Assembly (NCBI GenBank): GCA_027490055.1
Contig: JAIXYV010000040.1
Coordinates: 17,696-81,695, forward strand
Reading direction: 5' to 3'
DNA: 64,000 nucleotides
Origin: Bacteroidota bacterium
GTDB taxonomy: Bacteria > Bacteroidota > Bacteroidia > NS11-12g > UBA955
Under the pieces are notes generated by a model. The model was not told where the DNA came from, did no database searches, and worked only from the letters and a program-made list of their open reading frames with translations. Positions 29,648 to 40,200 of the stretch are shown here, piece after piece. Position 1 is the first letter of the stretch; each line of letters starts with the position of its first letter. The position numbers and the translations under genes are program-made.

Positions 29648-31114
29648 TTAATTAAACAGAACCGCTTTAGCTTTCCTTAAAAGAGGCGAAAGGTAAACAT
29701 CGCCATCCGGTATTTCGACATGCTGACTGAAGTGCGCAATAAAGTTCTCTATACTATCTGAACTTTTTGCTGGTCGTCTGAACTGAATAGCTTTACAAGC
29801 TGTTAGCATTTCTATTGCCAGCACCTGCTCGACATTCTCGCACACTTTATACAATTTAGTAGCGGCATTAGCACCCATACTTACATGATCTTCCTGACCA
29901 TTGCTGCTAACAATTGAATCTACACTCGCAGGCGTGCACAATTGTTTATTCTGACTAACGATACCGGCTGCGGTGTACTGTGCAATCATGAATCCGCTTT
30001 CCAGTCCCGCGTTACTCGCCAGAAATGGCGGCAATCCCCTTTCTCCAGCAATTAATTTATAGACCCTTCTTTCGCTAATATTCGCGAGTTCTGAGAGGGC
30101 AATAGCAGCAAAGTCCATGCTCAGCGCCAACGTCTGTCCATGAAAATTACCACCACTAATTACTAAATCATCATCCGGAAAAATATTGGGATTATCGGTT
30201 ACAGCATTCAGTTCCATAGCCATTACAGAGCCAACATACGCCAGGGCATCAATACTGGCGCCATGCACCTGAGGGATACATCTGAAAGAGTATGGATCTT
30301 GTACCTGGGTTTTATGAGCGGCATGGATTTGCGAGCCTTCTAATAGTTCTTTGATTCCAGCTGCTGCTTTTTGCTGACCAGTCTGATTGCGAATGAGGTG
30401 CGTATGCGGCAGAAATGGCTCAGGACGGGCATCAAAGGCATCGATACTTACGGAGGCTATTTTAGCAACATGCTCTAAAATTGTTTCAGCTTTTATCTGA
30501 CACATGATACCATAGGCCGACATAAACTGCGTGCCGTTAATAAGTGCCAATCCTTCTTTCGGTCCGAGCGCTATTGGCGCCATACCATGCAGTTGCATTA
30601 GCTCTGAGGCAGGAACCATTTCACCTTTGTGCCATACTTCGCCTTCGCCAATCAACGGAAGACAAAGATGAGACAAAGGGGCCAGGTCACCAGAAGCACC
30701 AAGAGAGCCTTGCTGATAGACCACCGGAAGAATATCTTTATTGTAAAAATCTAACAGACGTTGAACTGTTTCGAGTTGAACACCAGAGTAGCCATAAGCC
30801 AGCGATTTCACTTTTAAAAGCAACATCAATTTTACGACAGACTGAGGCACCAGATCGCCGGTACCACAGGCATGAGAGCGAAGTAAATTGTACTGAAGCT
30901 GACTGAGATCTTTGTTTGGCACAACCGTATTACAGAGAGAACCAAAGCCCGTATTGATACCATAAATAACGGTACCAGGGGTATTGATTTTCTGGTTGAT
31001 GTAGGCATGCGATTTATTGATTGCCGCAATACTTTGTTCACCTAGCTGAACAGCTTCGCCTGAAGCTATCAGTGATTTAATATGGGCAATAGAGGTAATC
31101 TGTTCGAGTAACAT
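29648..31114 (-). CDS. hutH: histidine ammonia-lyase
   Basis: 488 aa. MIO-forming GASGDLAPLSH. Selectivity positions read S-H (LLRSHACG) as in HAL rather than TAL/PAL. Confidence 0.8.
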   Translation of the reverse strand: MLLEQITSIAHIKSLIASGEAVQLGEQSIAAINKSHAYINQKINTPGTVIYGINTGFGSLCNTVVPNKDLSQLQYNLLRSHACGTGDLVPQSVVKLMLLLKVKSLAYGYSGVQLETVQRLLDFYNKDILPVVYQQGSLGASGDLAPLSHLCLPLIGEGEVWHKGEMVPASELMQLHGMAPIALGPKEGLALINGTQFMSAYGIMCQIKAETILEHVAKIASVSIDAFDARPEPFLPHTHLIRNQTGQQKAAAGIKELLEGSQIHAAHKTQVQDPYSFRCIPQVHGASIDALAYVGSVMAMELNAVTDNPNIFPDDDLVISGGNFHGQTLALSMDFAAIALSELANISERRVYKLIAGERGLPPFLASNAGLESGFMIAQYTAAGIVSQNKQLCTPASVDSIVSSNGQEDHVSMGANAATKLYKVCENVEQVLAIEMLTACKAIQFRRPAKSSDSIENFIAHFSQHVEIPDGDVYLSPLLRKAKAVLFN

Positions 31115-31115
31115 A

Positions 31116-32840
31116 TCAATTAATAGCCTTAAACAAACGGTTCCAGCGGATTTTCACGAACTCGTTGCCATCGGTACCTGGTTTTGGATTTTCAGAGCGT
31201 TTGTATTGAATACTAAAGAACACAAACAAAGGTTTACCGACAATATGATTTTCTGGAACGTAACCCCAGAAACGAGAATCCAGTGAATTGTCTCTGTTAT
31301 CTCCCATCATCCAGTAGTAATCCATTTTAAAGGTATACTCGGTAATTGGCTGACCATTGAGATAGGCCGTACTGCCTCTCAGTTCAAAATTGGCATTTCC
31401 CTCATACACTCTGATGGCACGATCGTAGAAATAGAAATTGTTCTTATCAATTTTAATCGACTGACCTTGTTTAGGAAGCGTCACCGGACCGAAATTGTCT
31501 TTATTCCATGGATAAATCTCCATATTATCCGGGAAAGCATTAACGGATACACCAGAGTTTAACTGGTATCTGGCTTTGATAGAATCTATTTTAGACACTT
31601 CTTTATATTTTTCAGGATTAATATAGTTTTCATCCATAAGAACAAACATATTGCTCAAATCACTGCTTAGTGGCTGGAAATACACGATACCCAGTTTAGA
31701 GATGTCTTCATCAGAGAGTTTCTGACCGGCTTTCACTCTCAGTATAGCGTTAAATTCTTTCTGACCATCAGGAGAGAAATAGTTACCAGTGCGGGGAGAT
31801 TTTTGCTGACGAATGAAGTCGATGGTGTACTCTTCCTGCAAGCGCTTTAAGTCGGCTTTAGACAATGCCATAATCAGCGTGCGAGGATCGATATAACCAA
31901 AATCGTAGACATCATATTCTCTGATAAGTGTTTCTTTCGAAGGCACCTCGGTATTAGGTTTAAATTTGATGTAGTAGTTATGCAGCATCCCTGGCGCTTC
32001 GTAACCTTTCTCACCATTAATGTAAAGGACACCATCTTTAATTTCGAGCACATCACCCGGGAGTCCCACACAGCGTTTTACATAGTTCTGCATCTTATCT
32101 ACTGGTCGTTCCGTTGGGTCGAGTTGATCCCAGGGCACATTAAACACAACAGGATCATTGCGCTTTACATTCTGAGGGCCCCATAAACGCATGTACGGCA
32201 ACTGAATGCTTTCAGAGTAAGCTTTTGCTCCGAACAACTCCTGATGTACCAGAGGGAAAGCGATAGGTGTGATAGGGAAACGCGGACCGTAGTTCATTTT
32301 GCTTACAAACAGAAAATCGCCGACCAGCATACTGTCTTCCATTGAAGAGGTTGGAATTTTGTATGGCTCCAATTGGAACATTCTGATCATATAAGCAACA
32401 ACGAAAGCAAAGAAAAGGGCATCCGACCATTCTCTTACGGCACCTCTTTTTGCTGGAATATATTTTTTACGGAAATCGATATTTCTGGACTGACCCAGGT
32501 AAATGATATTTTTATCAAGAGCCAGTTTAGGATACATGTAAAAAGGGAAAACAACACCCATAACTTGTTGCCAGAATTTATTCTGACCGAAGCTTTCCAT
32601 CAGGTCGATTACCAGAGAGAACCAGATGATCACATCGGCTGCCGGTATAATGGCCCAGATCATCCAGGTTTTAGGGCGACCGGTAAGCTGGATCCATGGC
32701 CAGTAGCAAACCACCGGAATGAAAGCCATCCAGGCATTTTTCACCTGAGCTTTTCTGAAGAGTAAAAACAAGCCAATGTGTGTAATCACATAAAGCGGGA
32801 TGTACACCATCAGGAAAAGATTAAAATTTGTAGGGTTCAT
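31116..32840 (-). CDS. lepB: signal peptidase I (long Bacteroidota form)
   Basis: 574 aa with N-terminal TM helices. S26 boxes: TSSMEDSMLVGD (catalytic Ser), KRCVGLPGD (Lys) and GDNRDNSLDSRFWG. Confidence 0.85.
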   Translation of the reverse strand: MNPTNFNLFLMVYIPLYVITHIGLFLLFRKAQVKNAWMAFIPVVCYWPWIQLTGRPKTWMIWAIIPAADVIIWFSLVIDLMESFGQNKFWQQVMGVVFPFYMYPKLALDKNIIYLGQSRNIDFRKKYIPAKRGAVREWSDALFFAFVVAYMIRMFQLEPYKIPTSSMEDSMLVGDFLFVSKMNYGPRFPITPIAFPLVHQELFGAKAYSESIQLPYMRLWGPQNVKRNDPVVFNVPWDQLDPTERPVDKMQNYVKRCVGLPGDVLEIKDGVLYINGEKGYEAPGMLHNYYIKFKPNTEVPSKETLIREYDVYDFGYIDPRTLIMALSKADLKRLQEEYTIDFIRQQKSPRTGNYFSPDGQKEFNAILRVKAGQKLSDEDISKLGIVYFQPLSSDLSNMFVLMDENYINPEKYKEVSKIDSIKARYQLNSGVSVNAFPDNMEIYPWNKDNFGPVTLPKQGQSIKIDKNNFYFYDRAIRVYEGNANFELRGSTAYLNGQPITEYTFKMDYYWMMGDNRDNSLDSRFWGYVPENHIVGKPLFVFFSIQYKRSENPKPGTDGNEFVKIRWNRLFKAIN

Positions 32841-32855
32841 TATAAAAATTTAATA

Positions 32856-33584
32856 TTAAAAACCTATGAGATCACTCATAGAGAAATAGCCTTGTTTACC
32901 AGGCAACCATTCGGCAGCGATTACAGCGCCAATGGCAAAGCCTGAACGGCTGTGAGCCGTGTGTTTAATTTCGATATCGTCGATATCAGACGTGTATTTT
33001 ACACTGTGTGTACCTGGAACATCATCGACTCTGAAAGCTTTTATGGATAAATCAGATTCGCTGCCAGCTTCTTCAGAGAGCGCCCATTTTTGTTTGCGAC
33101 TGATTTCAGCCAGAATACCCTGAGCGATGGTGATAGCAGTACCACTCGGCGCATCGAGTTTCTGAGTGTGATGCGTTTCCTCTATTTCGACATTGTATTC
33201 AGGTAAATTTTCCATGGCCTGAGCCAGAATTTTATTGATATGGAAAAATAAATTTACACCGATACTGAAGTTAGTCGCTGCCAGTATTGCGTGATTACCT
33301 TGTTGAGCTAATTGCTTTATCGCTTCGTGATGCTCATACCAACCAGTTGTACCAACTACTACTGGAACGTTTAGACTGAAACATCTTTTTATATTCTCAA
33401 CAGCCGTATCAGGTTTAGAAAACTCTATGGCTACATCTGCTTTCGACAGTGCATCCCAGTCGGCATTGCTGGCGTCTTTATCTATTTTAGCCACGATAGC
33501 GTGACCTCTGTTGATGGCGATTTGTTCAATCATTTTCCCCATTTTTCCGTACCCGATAAGGGCTATCTTCATCTTTGAACTCAT
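32856..33584 (-). CDS. dapB: 4-hydroxy-tetrahydrodipicolinate reductase
   Basis: NAD-binding start MSSKMKIALIGYGKMGK, plus the E.HH..K.DAPSGTA catalytic block. Start set to the ATG at 33584. The -7 box at 33600-33607 lies inside the longer track ORF. Confidence 0.85.
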   Translation of the reverse strand: MSSKMKIALIGYGKMGKMIEQIAINRGHAIVAKIDKDASNADWDALSKADVAIEFSKPDTAVENIKRCFSLNVPVVVGTTGWYEHHEAIKQLAQQGNHAILAATNFSIGVNLFFHINKILAQAMENLPEYNVEIEETHHTQKLDAPSGTAITIAQGILAEISRKQKWALSEEAGSESDLSIKAFRVDDVPGTHSVKYTSDIDDIEIKHTAHSRSGFAIGAVIAAEWLPGKQGYFSMSDLIGF

Positions 33585-33599
33585 ATACTTTCTTTTGTG

Positions 33600-33607
33600 C
33601 AAACTTA
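33600..33607 (-). promoter_or_regulatory. -7 box (TAAGTTTG on minus strand) upstream of dapB
   Basis: Plus-strand caaactta, 15 nt upstream of the ATG at 33584. Confidence 0.4.
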
Positions 33608-33804
33608 AGTTTTTTTTAGTGTAGAAAAAATACCGAAATGGGTCTTGAATTTTGCATTTGCGTCTCTTCCAAAACGAATTAAGACTTTTTTTCATAAATC
33701 TACCAATCTGCAACGCACGAAACTGGTCAAATCGTCTGATAATCTGACGAAATTGCCGAAAAATCCGATTGGAGTTGTATTTGATTCTAAACAGACATTA
33801 ACCT

Positions 33805-36399
33805 ATGAACATTAACAAATTCACAATCAAAGCCCAGGAATGTCTTCAGAGCGCTCAACAAACCGCCTTTGAAAATCAAAATCCAAGCATAGAAAATGCC
33901 CATATTTTAAAAGGCATTTTCGACAATGACGAAGAAATCATTGCCTATCTTTTCAGTAAGGTAGGCGCCAATTTACAGCGTGTTAAATCGGCCAATGATG
34001 CCATTATAAAAGGACTGCCAAAAATCACCTCAGGCGATATGGCCCAGTCGCTTTCTCCTCAGGCCAATACCAGCATGATGATGGCCGAAAAAATCATGAA
34101 AGAAATGGGCGACGACTATGTCTCCATCGAACATTTGATTTTAGCTTTAATCAGTAACAACGACAATGTCGCTAACCTGATGAAAGATGCAGGCATTAAA
34201 CTGGCAGATGCCAAGAAAGCCATTAAAGAATTAAAAGGCAATACTACTATCAATTCGCAGAGTGGCGGCGAGCAATACAATGCGCTCAAAAAATACGCGC
34301 TCAACCTGAATGAGCTAGCCTCATTAGGCAAACTTGATCCGGTTATCGGAAGAGATGAAGAGATCAGAAGGGTCTTACAAATACTTAGTCGAAGAACCAA
34401 GAATAATCCGGTACTAATTGGAGAACCTGGTGTTGGTAAAACGGCTATTGCAGAAGGTTTAGCGCGCAGAATCGTACAGGGCGACGTGCCTGAAAACCTA
34501 AAATCAAAGACCATTTTTTCGCTGGATATGGGCGCATTGATTGCCGGCGCGAAATACAAAGGCGAATTTGAAGAACGCCTAAAAGCCGTTGTCAATGAAG
34601 TCATCAAAAGCAATGGAGAAATTGTCTTATTTATTGACGAGATCCACACCCTTGTAGGAGCCGGAAAAGGCGAAGGTGCGATGGATGCTGCTAATATTTT
34701 AAAACCAGCTTTAGCCCGTGGCGAACTCAAAGCCATTGGCGCTACTACTCTGGCCGAGTATCAGAAATATATTGAGAACGATAAAGCCTTAGAAAGAAGG
34801 TTCCAGAAAGTGATGGTTGAAGAACCAGATATTCAGGATGCCATTTCAATCTTAAGGGGACTAAAAGAACGCTATGAAACGCATCATAAAGTAAGGATAA
34901 AAGACGAAGCCATTATCAATGCCGTTGAATTATCTTCGAGGTACATCAGTGATCGTTTCCTGCCAGATAAGGCCATAGATTTACTAGACGAAGCTGCCTC
35001 TAAACTGCGAATAGAAATAGATTCGCTTCCTGAAGAACTCGACGAAATGAACCGCAAAATTATGCAGTTAGAAATTGAGCGCGAGGCCATCAAAAAAGAG
35101 AATGATACCGATAAGCTGGAAAAGCTAAATGCCGAAATTGCTAATCTTAGCGAAGACCGCAACAGCATTAATGCCAGATGGAAAAGCGAGAAAGAAGTTG
35201 TTGAGCAGATTCAGGCCGCTAAAGGTCGTATCGAGCAATACAAATACGAAGCAGATCAGGCTGAAAGAAACGGCGACTTTGGCAAAGTAGCTGAGTTGCG
35301 CTATGGCAAAATAAAAGAAACAGAAACAGAGGTTATCGCGCTGCAAAACAAGCTGAGCGAAATTCAGAGCGATAAGCCGATGGTAAAAGAAGAAGTAGAC
35401 GCCGAAGATATTGCCGAAGTGGTTAGCAAATGGACTGGCATACCAGTGAACCGCATGTTGCAGAGCGAAAAAGAGAAACTGATTCATCTGGAAGAAGAAC
35501 TGCACAAACGCGTTGTGGGTCAGGAAGAAGCCATAGGCGCCATTGCTGATGCCGTTCGCAGAAGCAGAGCAGGTTTACAAGACCCAAAGCGACCAATAGG
35601 CTCATTCATTTTCTTAGGCACTACCGGCGTTGGTAAAACCGAATTGGCGAAAGCCCTGGCATCTTTCCTCTTTAACGACGACAATGCCATGGTGCGCATA
35701 GACATGAGCGAATACCAGGAAAAACATACTGTGAGCAGATTGATTGGAGCGCCTCCGGGCTATGTTGGATACGATGAAGGCGGTCAGTTAACTGAAGCCG
35801 TGAGACGTCGCCCCTACTCTGTCATCTTACTCGACGAAATAGAGAAAGCCCATCCGGATGTTTTCAATATTTTGCTTCAGGTCTTAGACGATGGCAGATT
35901 AACCGACAATAAAGGCAGAACAGCCAACTTCAGAAACACGATCGTAATTATGACAAGTAATATTGGCTCACATGTGATACAAGAAAACTTCGAATTACTT
36001 AATGAGGACAACAAACTGGAAGTACTGGCAAAGACCAAGAACGAAGTGTATCAGATTTTAAAGAACAGCATACGACCAGAGTTTTTGAACCGTATAGACG
36101 AAGTGATCATGTTTGAGCCATTGAGCAGAGAGCATATCCACGAAATCGTTAAGTTGCAGTTGAATGGTATGATAAAGCAATTGCAAGAAGCTGGATTTAC
36201 TTTAGAAGTCACCGATGACGCTATTGATTGGCTGGGACAATTGGGATATGATCCTCAGTTTGGCGCACGACCATTAAAACGCGTTCTTCAGAAAAAAGTA
36301 TTGAACGAATTATCGAAAAAAATCCTGATGGGAGAAGTCAAGAAAGACCAAGCCATCATAGTCGATTGTTTCGAGAATCAAATAGTGTTTAGAAATTAA
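33805..36399 (+). CDS. clpB: ATP-dependent chaperone ClpB
   Basis: 864 aa. Clp N domain, two AAA modules (GEPGVGKTAI, GTTGVGKTEL) and a long coiled-coil middle domain. Confidence 0.95.
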   Translation: MNINKFTIKAQECLQSAQQTAFENQNPSIENAHILKGIFDNDEEIIAYLFSKVGANLQRVKSANDAIIKGLPKITSGDMAQSLSPQANTSMMMAEKIMKEMGDDYVSIEHLILALISNNDNVANLMKDAGIKLADAKKAIKELKGNTTINSQSGGEQYNALKKYALNLNELASLGKLDPVIGRDEEIRRVLQILSRRTKNNPVLIGEPGVGKTAIAEGLARRIVQGDVPENLKSKTIFSLDMGALIAGAKYKGEFEERLKAVVNEVIKSNGEIVLFIDEIHTLVGAGKGEGAMDAANILKPALARGELKAIGATTLAEYQKYIENDKALERRFQKVMVEEPDIQDAISILRGLKERYETHHKVRIKDEAIINAVELSSRYISDRFLPDKAIDLLDEAASKLRIEIDSLPEELDEMNRKIMQLEIEREAIKKENDTDKLEKLNAEIANLSEDRNSINARWKSEKEVVEQIQAAKGRIEQYKYEADQAERNGDFGKVAELRYGKIKETETEVIALQNKLSEIQSDKPMVKEEVDAEDIAEVVSKWTGIPVNRMLQSEKEKLIHLEEELHKRVVGQEEAIGAIADAVRRSRAGLQDPKRPIGSFIFLGTTGVGKTELAKALASFLFNDDNAMVRIDMSEYQEKHTVSRLIGAPPGYVGYDEGGQLTEAVRRRPYSVILLDEIEKAHPDVFNILLQVLDDGRLTDNKGRTANFRNTIVIMTSNIGSHVIQENFELLNEDNKLEVLAKTKNEVYQILKNSIRPEFLNRIDEVIMFEPLSREHIHEIVKLQLNGMIKQLQEAGFTLEVTDDAIDWLGQLGYDPQFGARPLKRVLQKKVLNELSKKILMGEVKKDQAIIVDCFENQIVFRN

Positions 36400-36417
36400 A
36401 CAATACCCCTATTTATA

Positions 36418-36447
36418 AAGCCTGCCCTGCAAAGGGTGGGCTTTTTT
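36418..36447. terminator. intrinsic terminator after clpB
   Basis: agcctgccc-tgcaaa-gggtgggct followed by tttttt: 9-bp stem with two G-U pairs in RNA. Confidence 0.7.
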
Positions 36448-37018
36448 ATGATGCTTTTTTGAGCATGGCTTTTAAGGCAATACCACTTGACAATCCGAGT
36501 AGCAAACCACCTGAAAGAATCAATCCCAAATTCACAAAGAACAGCACCAAATTAGAGGCCGACAAGACGTAGGAGTAATCGAGTGCTTTGACGGCAGTGA
36601 GAGCCGCCATCCAGCCAATAGCAGAGGCAGGCAACCAAAGAATAGCTTTGCCGACATGGTTTTTTAGTAAGGCATAATGCACATACCCAATTATAACGGC
36701 GCCAATACTTACCGCAGAAAACAAAATCTGTATCCCTGTTAGTCCGCCTATTTGTTCTAATACTACAAATGGCAGAGTCATGCCAAAGACAGATACCCAT
36801 ACCCAATTAAACTTAAGCGCAATGGATGTTCTCAACAAAAACCATTGCACCAGTCCTATACCCAGACCCATGCCTGTTCCCACTGCAAACTGCTGATGCC
36901 TGATTCCGAAGAATTCCAGGGCCGGCGAAATTGCCAGAATCAAAGTCACCCCCAAAAACCATCCAAAGAAATTGAACAACACCCATTTCTTTAAGTTAAA
37001 TCCTACCTGTTCCGTCAT
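36446..37018 (-). CDS. hypothetical integral membrane protein
   Basis: 190 aa with about six hydrophobic helices. No recognisable motif. Confidence 0.4.
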   Translation of the reverse strand: MTEQVGFNLKKWVLFNFFGWFLGVTLILAISPALEFFGIRHQQFAVGTGMGLGIGLVQWFLLRTSIALKFNWVWVSVFGMTLPFVVLEQIGGLTGIQILFSAVSIGAVIIGYVHYALLKNHVGKAILWLPASAIGWMAALTAVKALDYSYVLSASNLVLFFVNLGLILSGGLLLGLSSGIALKAMLKKAS

Positions 37019-37025
37019 AAGTTGT

Positions 37026-37033
37026 CAAAGATA
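37026..37033 (-). promoter_or_regulatory. -7 box (TATCTTTG on minus strand) upstream of the membrane protein gene
   Basis: Plus-strand caaagata, 7 nt upstream of the ATG at 37018. Confidence 0.4.
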
Positions 37034-37204
37034 AGCTTGAAAAAAACAGGATGAAAGAAAATGGATATTTAGCAAAATTAAATCGACGAGCAAAATGCCG
37101 TCTTTTTTTACAAAATCGATATATCAATTAACAAAAACATCTTTTTAATTTATAAGTACTTGTATTCCTTTTATCTACGATTAATACATTATGACATTTT
37201 TTAC

Positions 37205-37212
37205 TATATTTG
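37205..37212 (+). promoter_or_regulatory. -7 box TATATTTG upstream of the giant T9SS gene
   Basis: Exact TAnnTTTG, 18 nt before the ATG at 37231. Confidence 0.4.
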
Positions 37213-37230
37213 TCTCAATAAAAAAATCTG

Positions 37231-40200
37231 ATGAATAAACTTTTACAATCAATCTTTCCTGTCTTATTAAGCGTCTTTTTACTAAGTCCCCTTAGCAGTC
37301 AGGCTACATGCCCTATCACAGGCGCAACAGATGTGTGTGAAAACCAAACCGTCTCGTACAGTGTAGTACCCAATCCCGGCGAAACCTATACATGGAATGT
37401 CACTGGTGGTGGTGTATTAACAGGCTCCGGCAGTGCGGTATCGGTTACCTGGCCCAGCATCGGAACAGGAACCCTTACATTAATTGTTAAAAACAATTTA
37501 AATGTAGTGATATGTACGAACACCATAACGGTGACTATTCATGGCAAGCCCAATCCTGTCATCACGCCCTCCTATATTTCTGGATGTGGTGGACGAAAAG
37601 ACGGCAGCGGTCAGGGCGATAAAGCTGGCTGTTTGACAGCTTGCGACTCTACCTATATCACGTATACGACACCCAACCATGCAGGCAGCACCTATGTGTG
37701 GACCGTCACAGGCAGCGCTACCTATAGCAGCAGTGGCAATAGTGTAACCGTTTACTGGACCGGTATTGGCAATGGCTCTGTAAAAGTGGTTGAAACCAAT
37801 ATTTGGGGCTGTAGTAAAGAAGTAGAAGTTTGTATTGAAATTGTAGGCAAACCTCAGGCAGCCTTCAGTACTTTACCTGGCTTAACAGGTTTGGTTGTAA
37901 ATGCCTGCAAGAATCAGGTGATTCAATTTATTGATCAGTCGCTACCCGGCGCAGGCTCTCCTATCAACTCATGGAGTTGGTATTTTGGCGATGGCGGCAA
38001 TGCGTTTTACTCTGCTCCAGGCAATGGCAACACTTCACATGCTTATTCCACTCCGGGCACCTATCAGGTGATGCTGGTAGTAGAAAATCAGTGCAAATGT
38101 AAAGATACCGCTTATGTAACCGTGGTGGTTGCTAATAGTGTGGGACCAGAAATCTTTTGTATTTCAACCGTATGTCCGGATGCTACAGTTACCTACACCA
38201 CCAATGCCAGTGGATGCAACAATTACAACTGGAGTGTCACCAATGGTGTTATCATCGGATCAAATACAGATTCAGTAGTAACAGTGCAATGGGGCACTAA
38301 CGGTCCGGGTAGCATCACTTTAAGTGTTAACTGCCCTGGTTTCTGTAATTCACCGACAACCGTATTCGTTCCGATTATTACGCCAAACGCCACTATTAAC
38401 GGACCATCACAGGTGTGTATAGGTGAGTGTTATACCTACCATATTAGTTGCGACATTCCGATAGACAGCATTGAATGGCATTTCCCTCCTGGTGTATTTG
38501 TCCAAACAGACTCAATTAATGTGCATGAAGTACAGGTATGTTTTTACAACAACATATCAGGCAATATCACAGTCGACTATTGGCATTTTACGCCAGGCGC
38601 CAAACCACCAATTAATTGCGGAGGCAGTTCGGTGTTACCGGTGAGTGTTAAACCAAAAATGTTCATGAGTGGCAGTGCCAATTTATGTGCTAATCAACCT
38701 TATAACTATAGCATCAGTCCGGCGCCTACCGGCAGTATATACTGGACCATCACCAATATTGCAGGCAATACTACCTATGCGTCTAATACGATAACGGGAC
38801 CATCGCCATTTGCGGGACTATGGACATACGGACCGGGGCAATTCATTGTTTCAGCTAATGATTTATCGGGCAATTATTGCAACAGTCCTTTAAAGAAATT
38901 CATCACTGTGCACCCTATTCCTCCGGTGGTAGATACAGTTTACGGTCCTAGTCCCGTTTGCCCTAACTACTCTTATGCCTACACAGCGGTACCTACCTCT
39001 GGCAATTATTATATCGGCTGGCAGGTTACCAATGGTACACCATCGACGGGTATAGGCAATACTTTGAGTATCACTTGGGGACCGAGCGGACCGTACAGTT
39101 TAAATGTTTATCAGATTGATCCTGTAACAGGTTGCAAATCGGCCGCTACCTCTATGAGTGTATTGAGCGCCTTACCAATGGCAGCATCCGTCATTAACGG
39201 TCCGGACACTGTATGCGCTAACGGCACATCCACTTACTCGACCAGCACACCAGGCGACGATTATATCTGGAGCATCAATCCAGGCATAGCCGGAAGTGTT
39301 GGCAGTGGCAATCACACCAACAGCATAAGCGTGCAATGGAATAATTACACAGGCAATGCCTGGGTGGTACTTACCAGAAAAGTATGTGGCAGTCAGAGAA
39401 AAGACTCGGTTTTGGTGAGGGTTATCAATGCGCCAATACCAAACATCATTATACCACCGGCGATTTGCCAGGGCGTCACCCTCTTTGCGAGTTCATCAAC
39501 AGTAGCCAGTTCTTATAGCTGGAATTTTGGTGATGGCGGAACAGGCAGTGGCAATCCGGGCACCCATATTTACAATGCGCCGGGCAATTATGTTATTACA
39601 TTAACTACTACCTATGGAGGCACTTGCCCTGGAACGGGGGTTAACACAGCCACTATAGCCATCTGGCCAAAACCCAACATCAACATCTCGACACCAGATC
39701 CAAACCTCTATTGCAATCCTCCTATTTCAACTACCATGACGGTAGCGGCACCTGCTATAGGCATCACCTATCAGTGGTATAACCCTTCGGTGATTGGCAG
39801 TGCAACAGGCACCTCCTATACCGCCACAAGTACAGGCAGTTTCTTTGTTGTTGGCACCAATTCTTATGGCTGCAAAGACACCAGTAATATTATTCCTATT
39901 TCTACAGGCAATTGCAATCCTACCTGTACGCCAGCCACTTATACTCTAAACTACAACCGATTCAGATTAGGTTGCAATACGGATAGCTTTAATGCCATCA
40001 TATCTCCTGGTGTAATTAATCTATCCTGGAATTTTGACGATCCGTACAATCCGGGTGGTGCATCTGGCACCCCTGTTTCACATACCTTCACAGAGCCGGG
40101 CTATTACAGAGTAAAACTTTGCGCAGATGTTCCTAATGCCGCGGGCACAGGGTATTGTAATGTGTGCATGTACAAAGTTGATACTGTTAAATACGTTCCT

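Noticed and set aside
33642-33692. Terminator-like hairpin plus T7 run in the dapB-clpB divergent intergenic region
   Set aside because: The stem is only 9 AT-rich bp with a bulge and a loop of about 25 nt, and no upstream plus-strand gene or promoter box is evident. It is too weak to call an attenuator or sRNA terminator without expression data.
33585-33713. N-terminal 43-aa extension of dapB in the track ORF
   Set aside because: The extension (MQIGRFMKKSLNSFWKRRKC...) precedes the Rossmann start MKIALIGYGKMGK and contains the -7 box at 33600-33607, so the ATG at 33584 is the realistic start.
34116-35705. Long antisense ORFs inside clpB (206, 94, 126, 60 and 61 aa)
   Set aside because: They lie entirely antisense to a strongly supported clpB and have Ser/Leu-rich low-complexity sequences. 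This is typical of the reverse frame of a Glu/Lys/Leu-rich coiled-coil gene.
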